Notes: generated by a model not told the origin, from the letters alone. A stretch of 44,267 nt of DNA from Intoshia linei (GCA_001642005.1 LWCA01000184.1:1-44267), one strand, 5' to 3'; shown: positions 11,227 through 24,600, numbered from the stretch's first letter. Numbers and translations are program-made.

Positions 11227-14152
11227 TAGGGCTGTTCAAAAAAATAAAAATCCATCATCACACCATATACTTCTATGTCCGTTAATGATCGAATTGATTT
11301 GATTTCTGATGAATTAATATTTTTATGGAAAAAATGTCGAATTAAAAAAATTACAAACAATTCAATAAAGCGTAGATTATTACAATTAATAACAAGAAAA
11401 AATCAAAACATATAAAGCATGGCAAACATGAACAATTTATAAAATTATTTGACATTTTTTGTAAACTTAAAATTTTTGACTCAATTTTGGACCAGCAATT
11501 TTACAATATGCAAAGAGAATCAAATTGCAGTAGAGGTATGTAGATTGTCGTAACTTAAATGAAAAAAATATTTATAATCTACCTGAAGTTTACTATGATG
11601 CATTTTATGAAATTGAAGATCTTAGTGAATATAATAGTGCTGAAGAATTAAACTTCACATGAGATTCAATGGAAAATGATTCAAATTTGCTTTATCCTCA
11701 CAATATGTCTCAGTCGAATGTTGTAAAAATATCTGAAAGCCTTGGATATTCCATTAATTGTACTGTTTCTATTGTTAACGAAGTAATGAAAATAATGGGA
11801 TACAGGACATTTCCTAGGACGTCCATTCAAAAACAAGCATGTAGTTTAAAAATATTTCAGTAAAAAATAAATAAACTAATTATTAATTACAAAAGTGATC
11901 TTTGTATCCATTTTGATTCTAAAACATACAAGCATCGACATTATTTATCAATTTGTCTCAGCAATGAATCTTTGCAGATATGCATTGCAATAAAAATAAT
12001 AGTTAATGGAACATCATCAACAATATTTGATGTTGTGCAATCGGTTATAACAATGTATGGTATCTCTTCAAGAATAAAAATGGTCATATGTGATACCACA
12101 TCAACCAATACCGGAGAAAAATCAGGTTTTATAAAGAAAATGACAGATGTTATGCCTCATTTTATTTACCAACCATGTAGATTACATGTTCTTGATAGAA
12201 TACTTTAAATTTATCTCACATTTAAATTTCCGGTTAGCAGCATTGGACCCAATATATCCTTTAGTTTTGTTGAGATTCTCAAAATTAATTTTTTGCAGTG
12301 GTTACCACATTATAAGGGAACAGGAATTAAAATTAAAATTTGTTGTCGATTACTGGGCGCCTGCTTGGTTCACTTGTAGAAGACAAACTGAATCAATTGA
12401 ATTATTACGAGGAATACTGGAAGGTAAAACATTGGAATGCTTTAATCGGAATTATATGTTGCGATCATATCCTATCAATGTGGATGTTACAAATGAAATT
12501 TGTGAGAGATCTCTGGGATATGTAAAAAAATTTGTCGACCGTAATATTATTGACATTGAAACAAAATTACTGTTAAATTTTAAAAACTATTGTTTCCATA
12601 ATTTATTGTAATTTTTTCAAGATAATAAAGTATTTTCGTTTTTTTCCTGATTTTAATTAATTAGAAAGAAGAAACTAATAATACAAAAAAAACTACACTC
12701 AATTGCCTCGAATCTGCATAACATTTTACATATNGCGAATCTTTGCAGATATGCATTGCAATGAAAATAATAGTTAATGGAACATCATCAACAATATTTG
12801 ATGTTGTGCAATCGGTTATAACAATGTATGGTATCTCTTCAAGAATAAAAATGGTCATATGTGATACTACATCAACCAATACCGGAAAAAAATCAGGTGT
12901 TATAAAGAAAATGACAGATATTATGCTTCATTTGATATACCAACCATGTAGATTACATGTTCTTGATAGAATACTACAAATTTATCTTACATTTAAATTT
13001 TCGGTTAGCAGCATTGGACCCAATATATCATTTAGTTTTGTTGAGATTCTCAAAATTAATTTTTCGCAGTGGTTATCACATTATAAGGGAACAGGAATTG
13101 AAATTAAATATTCAAGGTGCAGTAGAAACGATTAATCAGAGTTATCTGGATTATATGAGGCAGTAAAATATTTGTTAAATACTGAGGTATATCCTATTAT
13201 TTTAATCAAAAAATTGGGACCTTTGTCTAAAGCTCGCTGGAATAACAAAGCTAACTATCTGTTAAAATATTATCTATAATTCTAATAAATCTATAATTGA
13301 TGCGTGCAAATTAGTTGTCGATTACTGGGCGCCTGCTTGGTTCACTTGTAGAAGACAAACTGAATCAATTGAATTATTACGAGGAATACTGGAAGGTAAA
13401 ACATTGGAATGCTTTAATCGGAATTATATGTTGCGATCATATCCTATCAATGTGGATGTTACAAATGAAATTTGTGAGAGATCTCTGGGATATGTAAAAA
13501 AATTTGTCGACCGTAATATTGTTGACATTGAAACAAAATTACTGTTAAAGTTTAACAAAATATATATTTATAATTTTAAAAACTATTGTTTTAATGATTT
13601 ATCGTAATTTTTTCAAGATAATAAAGTATTTTCGTTTTTTTTCTCGATTTTAATTAATTAAAACGAAGAAACTAATAATACAAAAAAACTACACTCAATT
13701 GCCTCGAATCTGCATAACATTTTATATATTGTTATACAAAAATTATAAAAATTAATCGATTAGAACAAACACAGTTCAATTTTTTAGCTTGGCTTCTAGA
13801 GAGTTCATATTACTTTTTTTCATTAAAATGTGTTTAAAACGTTAATAACTGAATTTCAAAATGGGACACTCAGAGAGACACAAAAACCACTTTTTAAGAA
13901 AAAAACACCCTGTGAGGTTAAATATTAAAATTTTTATGTGCAAATTCGGCATATGTCTTAGTGGGTCATACATTAATCATATGCATCTTTAAAAAAAAAG
14001 AAATGGCGCAAATTAAAAAAAAGGGGAAAAAGCGCGCGAAAAACTTAAAATTCAAAAAGGGTACACATTTTTAAGGGTTTTAAAGTACCCTCTTTAAGGT
14101 AGGGGGTGGATTTTTTTTGAATCGAAAATTTTGTAAAAAATGAACAGCCCTA
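11227..14152 (+). mobile_element. hATm-like DNA transposon with decayed DDE transposase and internal duplication
   Basis: TIRs tagggctgttca (11227-11238) / tgaacagcccta (14141-14152); motifs IHFDSK, ICDTTSTNTG, PCRLHVLD, SKARW, VTNEICER; multiple stops. 11966-12733 is repeated at 12737-13729 across an N at 12734. Flanks atatacat / ataattat are not a clean TSD. Confidence 0.8.
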
Positions 14153-14662
14153 ATAATTATACTTAAATTCAATTTATGTTAATAAAAATATTTAAACGTT
14201 AAATACTAATTTTAGTTTTCACTGTCGATATAATAACTAAATCAAATAATTAATTTTTTTTAAAAAATTCTAAGAAATATGATATTAATTCAGCATAAAT
14301 ATTTAATATGAAGTTTTCAAATAGCTAGTAGAATAAACTGGTATTCGAGATATTGTATTTATAAACGAGAAACTACTGTACTCATCAATTTAGTTAAATT
14401 TAAATGCAATAGCCCACGATCATTAAGGATATATTTGTTTTTTGTCATTCTAATAATACAATTAATTGGTTCAAGTATCACATAACTACTTATAAAACTG
14501 AGGATATTGTATAAAATTAACAATAGATTAATCTAAAGTTTTCATAATTTTATAAATTTGTAATATTTCCCAGGCCCCACCAAAAAGTCGTAGAACCCAC
14601 AAAATTTACCATGTCCCACCTACCATGGCCTGGCCCCACGGTTGGGAAACATTGGTCTAGAC

Positions 14663-14911
14663 CAAGGGTGCACAACCTTTCCATCAATTCAGCCGCAAAG
14701 CTACTTTAGTCGCTGATATACGGCCGCATACAATTTAATTTGACGTTGGGAGAGTTTAAATCCATTCTAAGAAAGTGGGCAAAGTCAAAAATGTAACATT
14801 TTGATAAAAATATTTCAGATGAATTTGAAGTAACATGATATATTGCATTTTGATGACATGGATTGAACACGGCCGCATGCGGTCGTAAAGGCCGCAGGTT
14901 GTGCACCCCTG
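14663..14911. mobile_element. hAT-type MITE (249 bp)
   Basis: TIRs caagggtgcacaacc / ggttgtgcacccctg; flanks gtctagac / ctttagac (6/8). Another hAT right end (ggttgggaaacattg) ends at 14654, directly before the left TSD. Confidence 0.8.
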
Positions 14912-14924
14912 CTTTAGACTAGAG

Positions 14925-15802
14925 TATTGCTCAGTAATTATCGATTCAAATCATGTACGAACCCTCATTTCAAAAAATTTATGAAAAAATTAGAGGTTTT
15001 TTCTTAAAAGATTTAGTAAAATCGTGTTTTTCAAAAGAATATTGAAAATAAGTAAATTGTCTTATAAGGTTTTGTAAAATCGAATTTTTAAATAAATATC
15101 GATAAAAATCGATTTTTCCCTAACGGTTTAAAATGGTTTTTTTTTAAATTTTATTAACCCTAATACTCCCAGTGTGACCATATGGTCACACAACATTACA
15201 ATTATAAAAACACGTATCAAATTGAAACAAAGTTAATTAAATATGAAAAATTAAATTAATTAGTATATTATATAACATTCGAGTATATTAGTTATGAGTT
15301 TTCACCGATTAGCCTCCTGTGTCACTGACAGTGGGCCAAAATGATTTTTCAAAGCAAAAAAAAATTCACTAAAAAAATTTTTTTTATTTTTTTTGGTTAA
15401 AGTTGTGATAACTGAATTTAAGGAATACCATATGATTAATTCATGTGTTGGCTAAAATTTGATGAAATAATTAGGTATATTGACGATGCAATTTTATATA
15501 TACACGCTTTTATTTGCCTTATTCTCCCAATGTGAACATATGGAATGTGAAATAACTCCATGACTACAATTGGTAATTAACTAAAATTTTATATGGTGAA
15601 AAATGGGCAAATATGTATTAACTTCCCAAATTTTTCGGAAAAATCGAAGCCAAAAAATTAGAAAAATTTGTCTGGGAGTATTAGGGTTAATGGTGGAATA
15701 AAAGTGGTATTTTTGAAATAATAATAATAGCAGTCATCTAGTAGAGTTAGTCATATAGTTTTAGATCCCTAGTGGGTCCAGGGACGCAATCGGGGACGTC
15801 TG
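14925..15802. mobile_element. Degenerate hAT MITE of the same family as 23542-24243
   Basis: Shares cgatt.aaat..tgtacga, ttaatggtggaataa.agtgg and the right end gggac.caatc...ctg followed by ctctagag with the 23542-24243 copy; left end eroded, so the boundary is approximate. Confidence 0.6.
15158..15686. mobile_element. piggyBac-like MITE (529 bp)
   Basis: Perfect 15-bp TIRs ccctaatactcccag / ctgggagtattaggg, TTAA on both sides (15154-15157, 15687-15690). Confidence 0.88.
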
Positions 15803-15892
15803 CTCTAGAGAATGGACGTCATATTCTTTACACATTAACATTTTCAATGTGGTTATTTGATGATGATTATGATAATTATTATATTTTGTTAG

Positions 15893-18800
15893 ATTTTGTT
15901 TAATAATATTTCCTTAAATAAAATTTCAACTTCTATGACGATGAACGGAGCTGTCCTACCTATTATGGCAATGTTTATAGTTGCGGCAGAAGAACAGGTG
16001 ATTTTTTTTATATGTTTGTTTAGTTTATACGAGTGGAACCCATGGTTCTTATACTTACAACTTCACGAACCCCTTAATAATGTTTAAAATCATTTAATGA
16101 TGATAATAATAACAGTGCTGTGATAATGGGACAAAACGAAGATAATTTGTGAGTTTAAATTTTTAAAATTCTGAAGTTTTCAGTTTTTCATTTTTATTTT
16201 GCAAAATGTTGGGTAATAAAATGGTAATTTAAGTTATTAACAATGAAGATGGAAATTGTAATAATTAAATTAATTAAATAATAAAAGAGTCGAAAAACTA
16301 CATTATAATTTTTATTTGTAATTTATATTTACATATTTATGTATTTATATTTTATATATTACATTTTAATATTTTTATATATTATATTTCATATTAAATT
16401 AAATAAATGTTACGAATGTAGTTTCTAAATAATCGGGAATATGTAGATGTATGTAGATATTCAACTTAATACAGTGTTTCCCAACCTTTTTTGTGATAGG
16501 CGATTCAAAAAATTATTATTATTAATTCACTTTTTTACTAAAAACTAATTTTCTAATAAGTTACTAATTGAATGAGTCCTTCAAGATCGAAAGCTAAAAA
16601 TTATGTTATAATAAAATCAATACTAGAATTCTGAAACGCGTTTGAACATCCTTACCATTATCGTAAATCTCACGGTCAGAAACTTACATCTACATTGTCT
16701 CACCCAAATTACACGTTTTTTGAAAAATGGAAAAAGTTACAGCATTTTATATAATACATACATTGTGGATATTTTTTTAAATCATGAGCATTATAATTCA
16801 TAAATAACAACCTCAAAAGCTTTAAATCAATTATATTTAATTAGATTTGATTTTAAAATGTAATATCTTATTAATAATGATTAACAGTGTACTTAGAATG
16901 TCAAGCAATGTGAATTACAGGGAACAATACAAAATGACATTTTAAAAGAATTTATGGTTCGGAATACATACATTTTCCCACCTAAACCTTCTATGCGAAT
17001 AATTTCAGATATATTTTCTTATACGTCAAAGGTAAAACTTATAAATTAGATTTTTAATTCTAAATAAAAATTTCGGAGACGGAAATTTGTTAAATTTTGA
17101 AACAACCAACGCACGTTAATCTTTCTGCGTTGACTAAATTCCTAGTTGCTAAATTGAAATGTCGTATGATTTGTTAGCGTTTATTTGTTGCGTGAACTAT
17201 TTTTTGTTACATGAATGTGAACGTGACATGTAATATACAATACATACTATAATATACATTATATGTACATTTTACAATGTACATCATTTTATGACCTTTT
17301 AATATTTCACGATTACCCATTTGAAAAATTCTCATATTTTTCATAGTTAAATTAAGAAAATTACCCATTAAATTAATTTGTATTTAAGTTCAATTTTGAC
17401 TTAATTTAACAATTTTTTAGAATATGCCAAAGTTTAACTCTATATCGATTAGTGGATATCACATGCAAGTAAATTATTGTTTTTTAGTACTGTGTATTTA
17501 TTTAGTTATCTACTAAGTATTTCTCTATTTCATTTTTTAGGAAGCTGGAGCTGACGCAGTTCATGAACTGGCATTTACAATTGCAAATGGTATTGAATAT
17601 TGCCGTGCAGGTATTATTTTTATTCTTTAATATTATGTATTGAATATGCATAATGTTACATTACTAATGTATACTATATAATAATGATAAAAATGAGTAC
17701 TTTTTAGTTTATACTAAAATTTTTAGGATTAAAATCTGAAATGAAGATCGACGATTTTGCCAGTCGACTTTCCTTCTTTTGGGGTATTGGAATGAACTTT
17801 TATATGGTACAATATATTATGTTTTAAAACAATAAAATGATAGCGATTTTTGTGACAAAAATTATCTTAAAATCTAATTTATAGCTACAAGTTTTCATTT
17901 AAAATTCTAGTGTTTGAAAGCCCATATCTGTAATTAATAATTATCAATATAGGAAATTGCTAAACTTCGAGCTGCGCGGCGTTTATGGGCAAATTTAATG
18001 AAAGAAAAATTTAACCCAAAGAATAAAAAATCGTGTGTACTTAGATGCCACTCTCAGACAAGTGGTTGGTCTTTAACCGCTCAGGTATTAATTTTAACTG
18101 GTATTGACCACTTTATGGATTATTTCGTAAGTGTATAACTAATAATTATAGTTTATAATTAGGATCCATACAACAACATTGTAAGAACAAGTGTTGAGGC
18201 ATTATCAGCTATATTTGGCGGAACTCAATCACTACATACTAATTCTTACGACGAGGCTGTTTGTTTGCCAACAAATTTTAGTTCTCGCTTAGCTAGAAAC
18301 ACTCAATTAATTTTACAAGAAGAAACTGGGATTACAAATGTTTTTATATTAATTTTAAATGTTATACCTACTTGTAGGTCATTGATCCATGGGCAGGTAG
18401 TTATATGATGGAGGAATTAACTGATGAAATTTATACTAAGTCACTTGAACTCATAAAGGAAGTAACTCTCTACTTTAATTTGTAGTTGTATGTTGTTTCA
18501 TAATGTTATTTTCCAAGATTGAATCACATGGTGGAATGACTCAAGCCGTAATTGACGGTATACCTAAGATGAAAATTGAAGAATGTGCAGCTAAAAAACA
18601 AGCAAAAATTGATTCTGATGAACGTAAATTTACATTAAGATTAGTGATTAAAATAAAGTTATAAATTGTAAATTGTTCCGTGAACCCAAGGGTCACATTG
18701 TTAATGCCTGGGTTAGGTTTGAGATTGTACAGATGTGTATATCAAAGTTAATTTAGATGTAATATGTGGTGTAAACAAGTACAAATTATCACATGAAGAC

Positions 18801-21386
18801 GAAATTGAAACGTTAGATATAGACAATACTGCTGTACGTAAAAAACAAATAAATAGAATCTCCAAAATTCGTGAAACTAGGGACAATGAAAAGGTGAATT
18901 GAATGTTGACTATAATTACAATTAGCCCGGTCTATTACACTTTTAATTTCGGAAAATAGTTTCTAAAATGATTATAATCATTATGATTTATAATAATTTG
19001 GTCAATGAACTGTTTCGAAATGTAATATTTTTTTATATTGGAATTTTTCATAGGTAAAAGAAATTTTAAACAAAATTACAGAATGTTGCAGCTCGGAAAA
19101 AGGAAACCTTTTGCAATTATCTATACAAGCAGCGCGATTACGGTGTTCTGTAGGAGAAATTACAGATGCAATGATTAAAGTATGATTATTTACAATAAAA
19201 TATAAATTGTATTAATGACCTGCTTATCCCGTAAATTGTTTTTCAAATTAATTAATTATATATTTTTAATTAGAAAAATAAACAGTTCACAATTAATTGG
19301 TAGTCATTATTGTTGTATTATTGAGGCGTTCCTGTTCGTTACAGCAGGGGTTCTCGACAGTGGACGAGTCGCCCCTTGGAGCGATTTTTCTAACTTATTT
19401 CATGAAATACATAATCTAAAAAAATTTTTTTTAATAACAAATAATCTCTAGAAAGAGTTACTAAAATATACATTTGTCAAAATCTTAACATTATTTATTA
19501 ATTAATCGATCTTTAAAATAACATAAAAAAGTATTACAATTTTTGTAAGAGAATTATTGGTTCTATGGTTCGATTCTTTAAAAAAAATGAGTAACTGTAC
19601 GAACTTGTTTATGAATTATGGAGGGGACGATTAAAAAAAATATGTGTTAATTGTGGGGTTAGGGGCGATTCTAAAAAAAGATTAAGAACTCCTGCATTAG
19701 AGTAGTTAAATATTTTATTATTTTGTTAGGGTTGTTCATTACATATAAAAAAATTTATTCATAAAATGTCAAACTCAAAGCACTCAAACAACAAACATGA
19801 ATCTGAAATAAAGTAGTCAATTTTTAAAATTCTATGTAAAATTATAAAATTATGTTAGATATTTGGCCGTTACAAAGCAAATGATGCGTTAATAAGTGGA
19901 GTTTATTATAAACATTTTTCAAAAAAAAGTGACTCTGATTCTGTAATTCAAAGATCAAAGGTATAATTTGTTTTGAAATAAATATTGTAATACAAATTTT
20001 ATTGTATTAATTATTCATGTACTATATTATACAATTTTAATTTTGCAGAATTTTTCAATTAAATTTGGAAGAAATCCAAGAATTTTAGTCGCTAAATTAG
20101 GTCAAGATGGACATGATAGAGGTGCTAAAATTATTGCTTCAGGATTTTCTGATATGGGGTTTGATGTAGATGTTGGACCGTTATTTTTGGTAACTTTGTT
20201 ATTTTTATTTAAAATGTGATTTCAACATTGTATTCTCTGTTATCCCCAGTTCATCATAATAAAATATTTTGTGGAGGCAAGTATGAAAAAATTTTCCAAA
20301 ATAATTAATAATACAGTGTAATGTAAACTAAATAATTTTATTAATAATTAATTTTAAGCTATAATTATAATAAAAGAATTATTGTATAATTTATAATTTT
20401 TGTAGACGCCTAGTGATGCAGTGCAACATGCTATTGACGCAGATGTTCACATAATTGGCATAAGTACATTAGCTGGAGGTCACAAGTATTTGGTTCCCGA
20501 ACTTATTCATGAACTGGATGATATTAAACGACGGTATTTTATTTATTATTATTATTATTATTATTATATTAGTGTTAATTTGATTTTAGTGACATTAAAG
20601 TGATTGTGGGGGGAGTAATTCCACCAAAAGATTACAAATGTTTGTATGAAGCTGGAGTGGCTCTAATATTTGGCCCAGGTAATATTAATAATAACATGTA
20701 TAGCTTATGTTGTAATATATGAACTCTTACAATATAAAGTTAGCTTATTATGAACAATATTCATTGAATATGTCCAATGGACATTGTCCATTTTATTTGG
20801 TTTAAGATTTAATTTTTATAAGATTTCTATGAAAAATAATTTTTCTGAATATTTAAAATATATTACAATTTAGTTTAAATGTGTATCACAAATCAGTGTT
20901 TTTTAAATTGGGGTCCGCGGAATTGGTCCGCCAATTATTTTCATCTGGCCTTCTTCATTAATTGAATTGAATATGGTGCATTAGTTTTTAATAGATAGAT
21001 TTATTTTAATACTATGCCTGGGTACCAGTTTGGATCAGCTTAATTTGTATTAATTTAGAAACATACGCGCCCATAACAAATTAAAATTATAGAAATATGC
21101 ATGTAAGTAAATATTTTATATCTTTAATTATCTCTACATTTGAAAAAAATCTGTCCCGCGGGTGAAAAAGTGCCACCCCTAATACATAACATAATTGACA
21201 ATTGTCATTTAGAAATTATTAAAAATGTTAAATATTGCGTATACAATAAAATAGTAGACTTGTAATATAATAATGTACAAACGGACGGTAACATAAATTT
21301 TAGGTGAAAAAATAACGAATGCCGCAAATTCAATTTTGGACCTCTTGGAAAAAAATGCAAACAAAATAAAATCGCCACCAGTTTAA
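15893..21386 (+). CDS. MMUT: Methylmalonyl-CoA mutase (adenosylcobalamin-dependent), 5'-partial
   Basis: 16 phase-compatible GT-AG exons: 15893-15997, 16897-17031, 17421-17468, 17541-17610, 17727-17806, 17953-18084, 18163-18339, 18378-18461, 18518-18623, 18757-18893, 19054-19179, 19859-19960, 20049-20189, 20406-20533, 20590-20678, 21304-21386. Motifs [75 protein letters not shown]12-binding [18 protein letters not shown]. About the first 170 aa are not found. Confidence 0.96.
19345..19694. mobile_element. hAT-type MITE (350 bp) in a MUT intron
   Basis: TIRs caggggttctc / aagaactcctg; flanks cgttacag / cattagag (6/8); subterminal tcgcccc / ggggcga. Confidence 0.7.
20543..20570. repeat. (TAT)n microsatellite in a MUT intron
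   Basis: About 8 tandem TAT units; explains the poly-Tyr run in ORF 20421-20603. Confidence 0.8.
20894..21181. mobile_element. Degenerate hAT-type MITE in the last MUT intron
   Basis: Starts cagtgttttttaaattggggtccgcgg and ends tcccgcgggtgaaaaagtgccacccct; TIR and TSD eroded. Confidence 0.45.
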
Positions 21387-21604
21387 ATATATCGTCCAAA
21401 TTTTACAGTCTAAAGTGAGTAGTTTGCCATCAGTTTTAATTTGTATAAAATTTGTACTGTACTTTGATTAAATTGATATTGACCTATTGTTTAAGATTTA
21501 TTATTACGTAGAAAGGAGGTACCAATTTTAAGATTACTAAGGAAATATTGCGAATATACGTCTTAACTTCTTGTTTTATTCGACGGTAAAATAATTTCTA
21601 CATT

Positions 21605-24600
21605 ATGCACAAAATTAACTTTCTACTCGGATCTACAGATGACTTAAATACTCGCAGTGATGATGATGGAATAGATAGACTTCATAGATCTGTGACGGTC
21701 ACAATGTTGGTTAGTACAATTTCCATTTAATGTTAATTTATATTACTATTGTATAATTCATATACTAAGAATTTTATATAGGTCGTTTTTGCTTTTATAG
21801 TAACTACAGGTCAATATGTTGGTCAGCCAATTTCTTGGTAAATTTATTATTACAGTAATTAATACATTTTTGGATAGTTGGGTTCCAGCGCATTTCACTG
21901 GAAACCATGAAGATTATGCAAATGCGTATTGCTGGGTTAAAAATACATATTACTTGCCTTTTGATAAAAATATTCCAAAAATTCATCAACAACATATTCG
22001 TCACATGATACCTTATTATCAAGTAATATTTATATACTTGTGATTGTCATTTACATTATATGCATTAATAGTGGGTGCCAATAATTTTGTTGTTGCAGGC
22101 TGGGCTGTTTTTTTTTCCGTGTCTATTTTGGAGATCTTTGAATAATCGATCTGGAATCAATATAGATATTTTGATTACATCAACTATTCCTGTTCCAAAT
22201 AAATTGGATGAATTCAATTATGTCAAATATATATGCAATCAGTTGGATCGGTAATTTTATTAATAATCTAAAGCAGAGTTCCTGAATCTTTTGACTATTG
22301 CGGATCGGTAAATATAAGTTATATGTATATATTTTTTTCAGAGCAGTGATGGGATGAACAGTGTTTAGTTGATTTAATAGAACACTGCAATTTAACAAAA
22401 TTGAATGTATTGTATAAAAAAATCAAAGTTGTTGTCGTTAGTTTAAGGGTACGGGGGAGTCGGCCGTATGAATTGTAAAAATGAAACATTTTTAATTTGA
22501 TTTTGATGAGTAAATTTGAATATTCCAATTAATGATATCCTTTACTTTTATAAAATTGAATGTGTGTTGTTTCTGTCAGTGTTACATTTTAATTGATAAA
22601 TGAAACCTTATAATTTACAAAAGCCCAATTTCTCACAGTTTTTCGAGAGTCAAGTTTTTTTGCAAATTTAATTTTCAAAAATTGATTCATTCAAGGTTAA
22701 AAACCCAAATTACCCTTTTTCTAAAAAAATATAAAGTCCTCGTATTAAAAAATGTACAGCTAATAGTTATTTACAGTTTCCGAAGATTTCAAACTCACAA
22801 AGTGCACCTTAACAGTCAAAAAATCACTTTATTATTCATTTTTTATTTGGTTTATATTTTATTAAAAAAATTCAATAACTAAATCCTTGAACCTAAAAAA
22901 TTTTGATACAGTTTATTCTAGTTGAACTGTAGAAAAAGTTGAACACCAGATGTCTACCTATTGCCAGTTAAAAATAACTTTTAATACAACTACTTTTAAA
23001 ATATTTGACAAAAGTGTAAATATTGATACTAAAATTTCAAAAAAAATAGGATTACCGTATTTATAGCGGTGAACATTCATTTGAGCGATACATCTTAGAC
23101 TGTTAGAGCGACATAATCATAGATTTTGCTAATTATTAATATTGATCTTTTGACCAAATTTTTGAGGAATTTGTTTAAATAGTTTGAAGATTATTTTTGG
23201 ACAAAAATTTTGTAGGATTTTTCGGGGTCTTCAAAATATTTAAAAATTAGGTGAAAAAAATATTTCCTTAAAAAGCCTACAAAATTTTTCTAGCAAAAGT
23301 ATTTTCAAAATATTAAACATTGGGTCAAAAAAAACTTCCTTAAAAACATTACCAAAATATAGATCCATAGTTATCTTTAAAAAGTAGGTCAAAGAGTTTT
23401 CTAAACAGAAATCCACAAAAATTTCGTACTAAAACCAACAATATGATAGATGAGTAAGTTGGATGTTATGTTGCTTTAAATATGAATATTTTAATATGAA
23501 TCGTACCAGAATATATCACTCAAATGAATGTTGCTCTAGAGCAGTGGTTCCCGATTTAAATAGTGTACGATATAGATAAGTAGGATTTTCCCCCATTTCA
23601 AAATATTTATTTTTTTTGATCCCAAAGGAAACATTAAATATAAAACATTTATGTAAAAATTAAAATTTTTTCTCATAGGATTTGGTGAAATCGTTTTTAA
23701 AAAAAATATTGGAAAAAAAAATTTTTTCTTAACCCTTTCACTGTCTGAATTTATGTTTTAATTTAAACTTGTATAATTTTTAAATTACATATGTGAAAAT
23801 GTATGAAAATAAATGAATAAAGTTTTTCAAAAGTATGCTTTGTTTAGTATAGAATACACAGACATTGAAAGGGTTAAGGGTTAGTAAAATTGGATTTTTT
23901 ATATTGTGGTTGGATTAAATTGATTTTTCAAAAAAAATATCGGTAAAAGTCGATTTTCTCTGGGTGTTGAAATGCTAATTTTTATTAACACTTATGGACT
24001 GTAAATTTCTTTAATGGTGGAATAATAGTGGGGTTTTAGAAATAATAATGTAGCTGTCGTATAGGTTTTGGGATACATTTCAAACATCTGGTAATTCTGT
24101 AATATAAAAATTCTCCTATACAAATAAAGAAAAGTTTATAAAATTTTTTTTATATTTTATTTGAATCTCACAGTTCCCTGACATAGTTTTTGACCCTTAA
24201 GAGGGTTCATAATTGGTCGAGGGACCCCAATCTGGAACCACTGCTCTAGAGACTGGACGTCATTTATGGTTCATTTAATGACATTTACATACATAGGTAA
24301 GGACAGTGCATAAAACCACATGTATACAATTTAGATATATTCGAAATCTTGCAATAGACAAGAACAAGAAGAAAACGATAAGTTTAAAGCACATTCTGAA
24401 CCCATTTTCATATTTCATTGGAATGAGTAAAGGAAACTATCTTTTATCTTTGTACATAACGACTAAAGTTTTATACCTACTAAACGCGATAATGCAGATC
24501 GTAATACTGGATAAATTTTTAGGGTATAGTTTTATAAGTTACGGAGTGGACGTATTATGGTCCATGTACGTGGGAAGTGAATGGACTGGATCAAAACGCT

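Noticed and set aside
21512-21590. Possible last MUT exon (GTNFKITKEIL...) or a MUT-innexin fusion
   Set aside because: 21304-21386 has a better acceptor and matches the MUT C-terminus ([17 protein letters not shown]), ending in a stop.
22443-22812. TTAA-flanked element (ttaagggtac ... gtgcaccttaa)
   Set aside because: Terminal inverted match is too short and imperfect to support.
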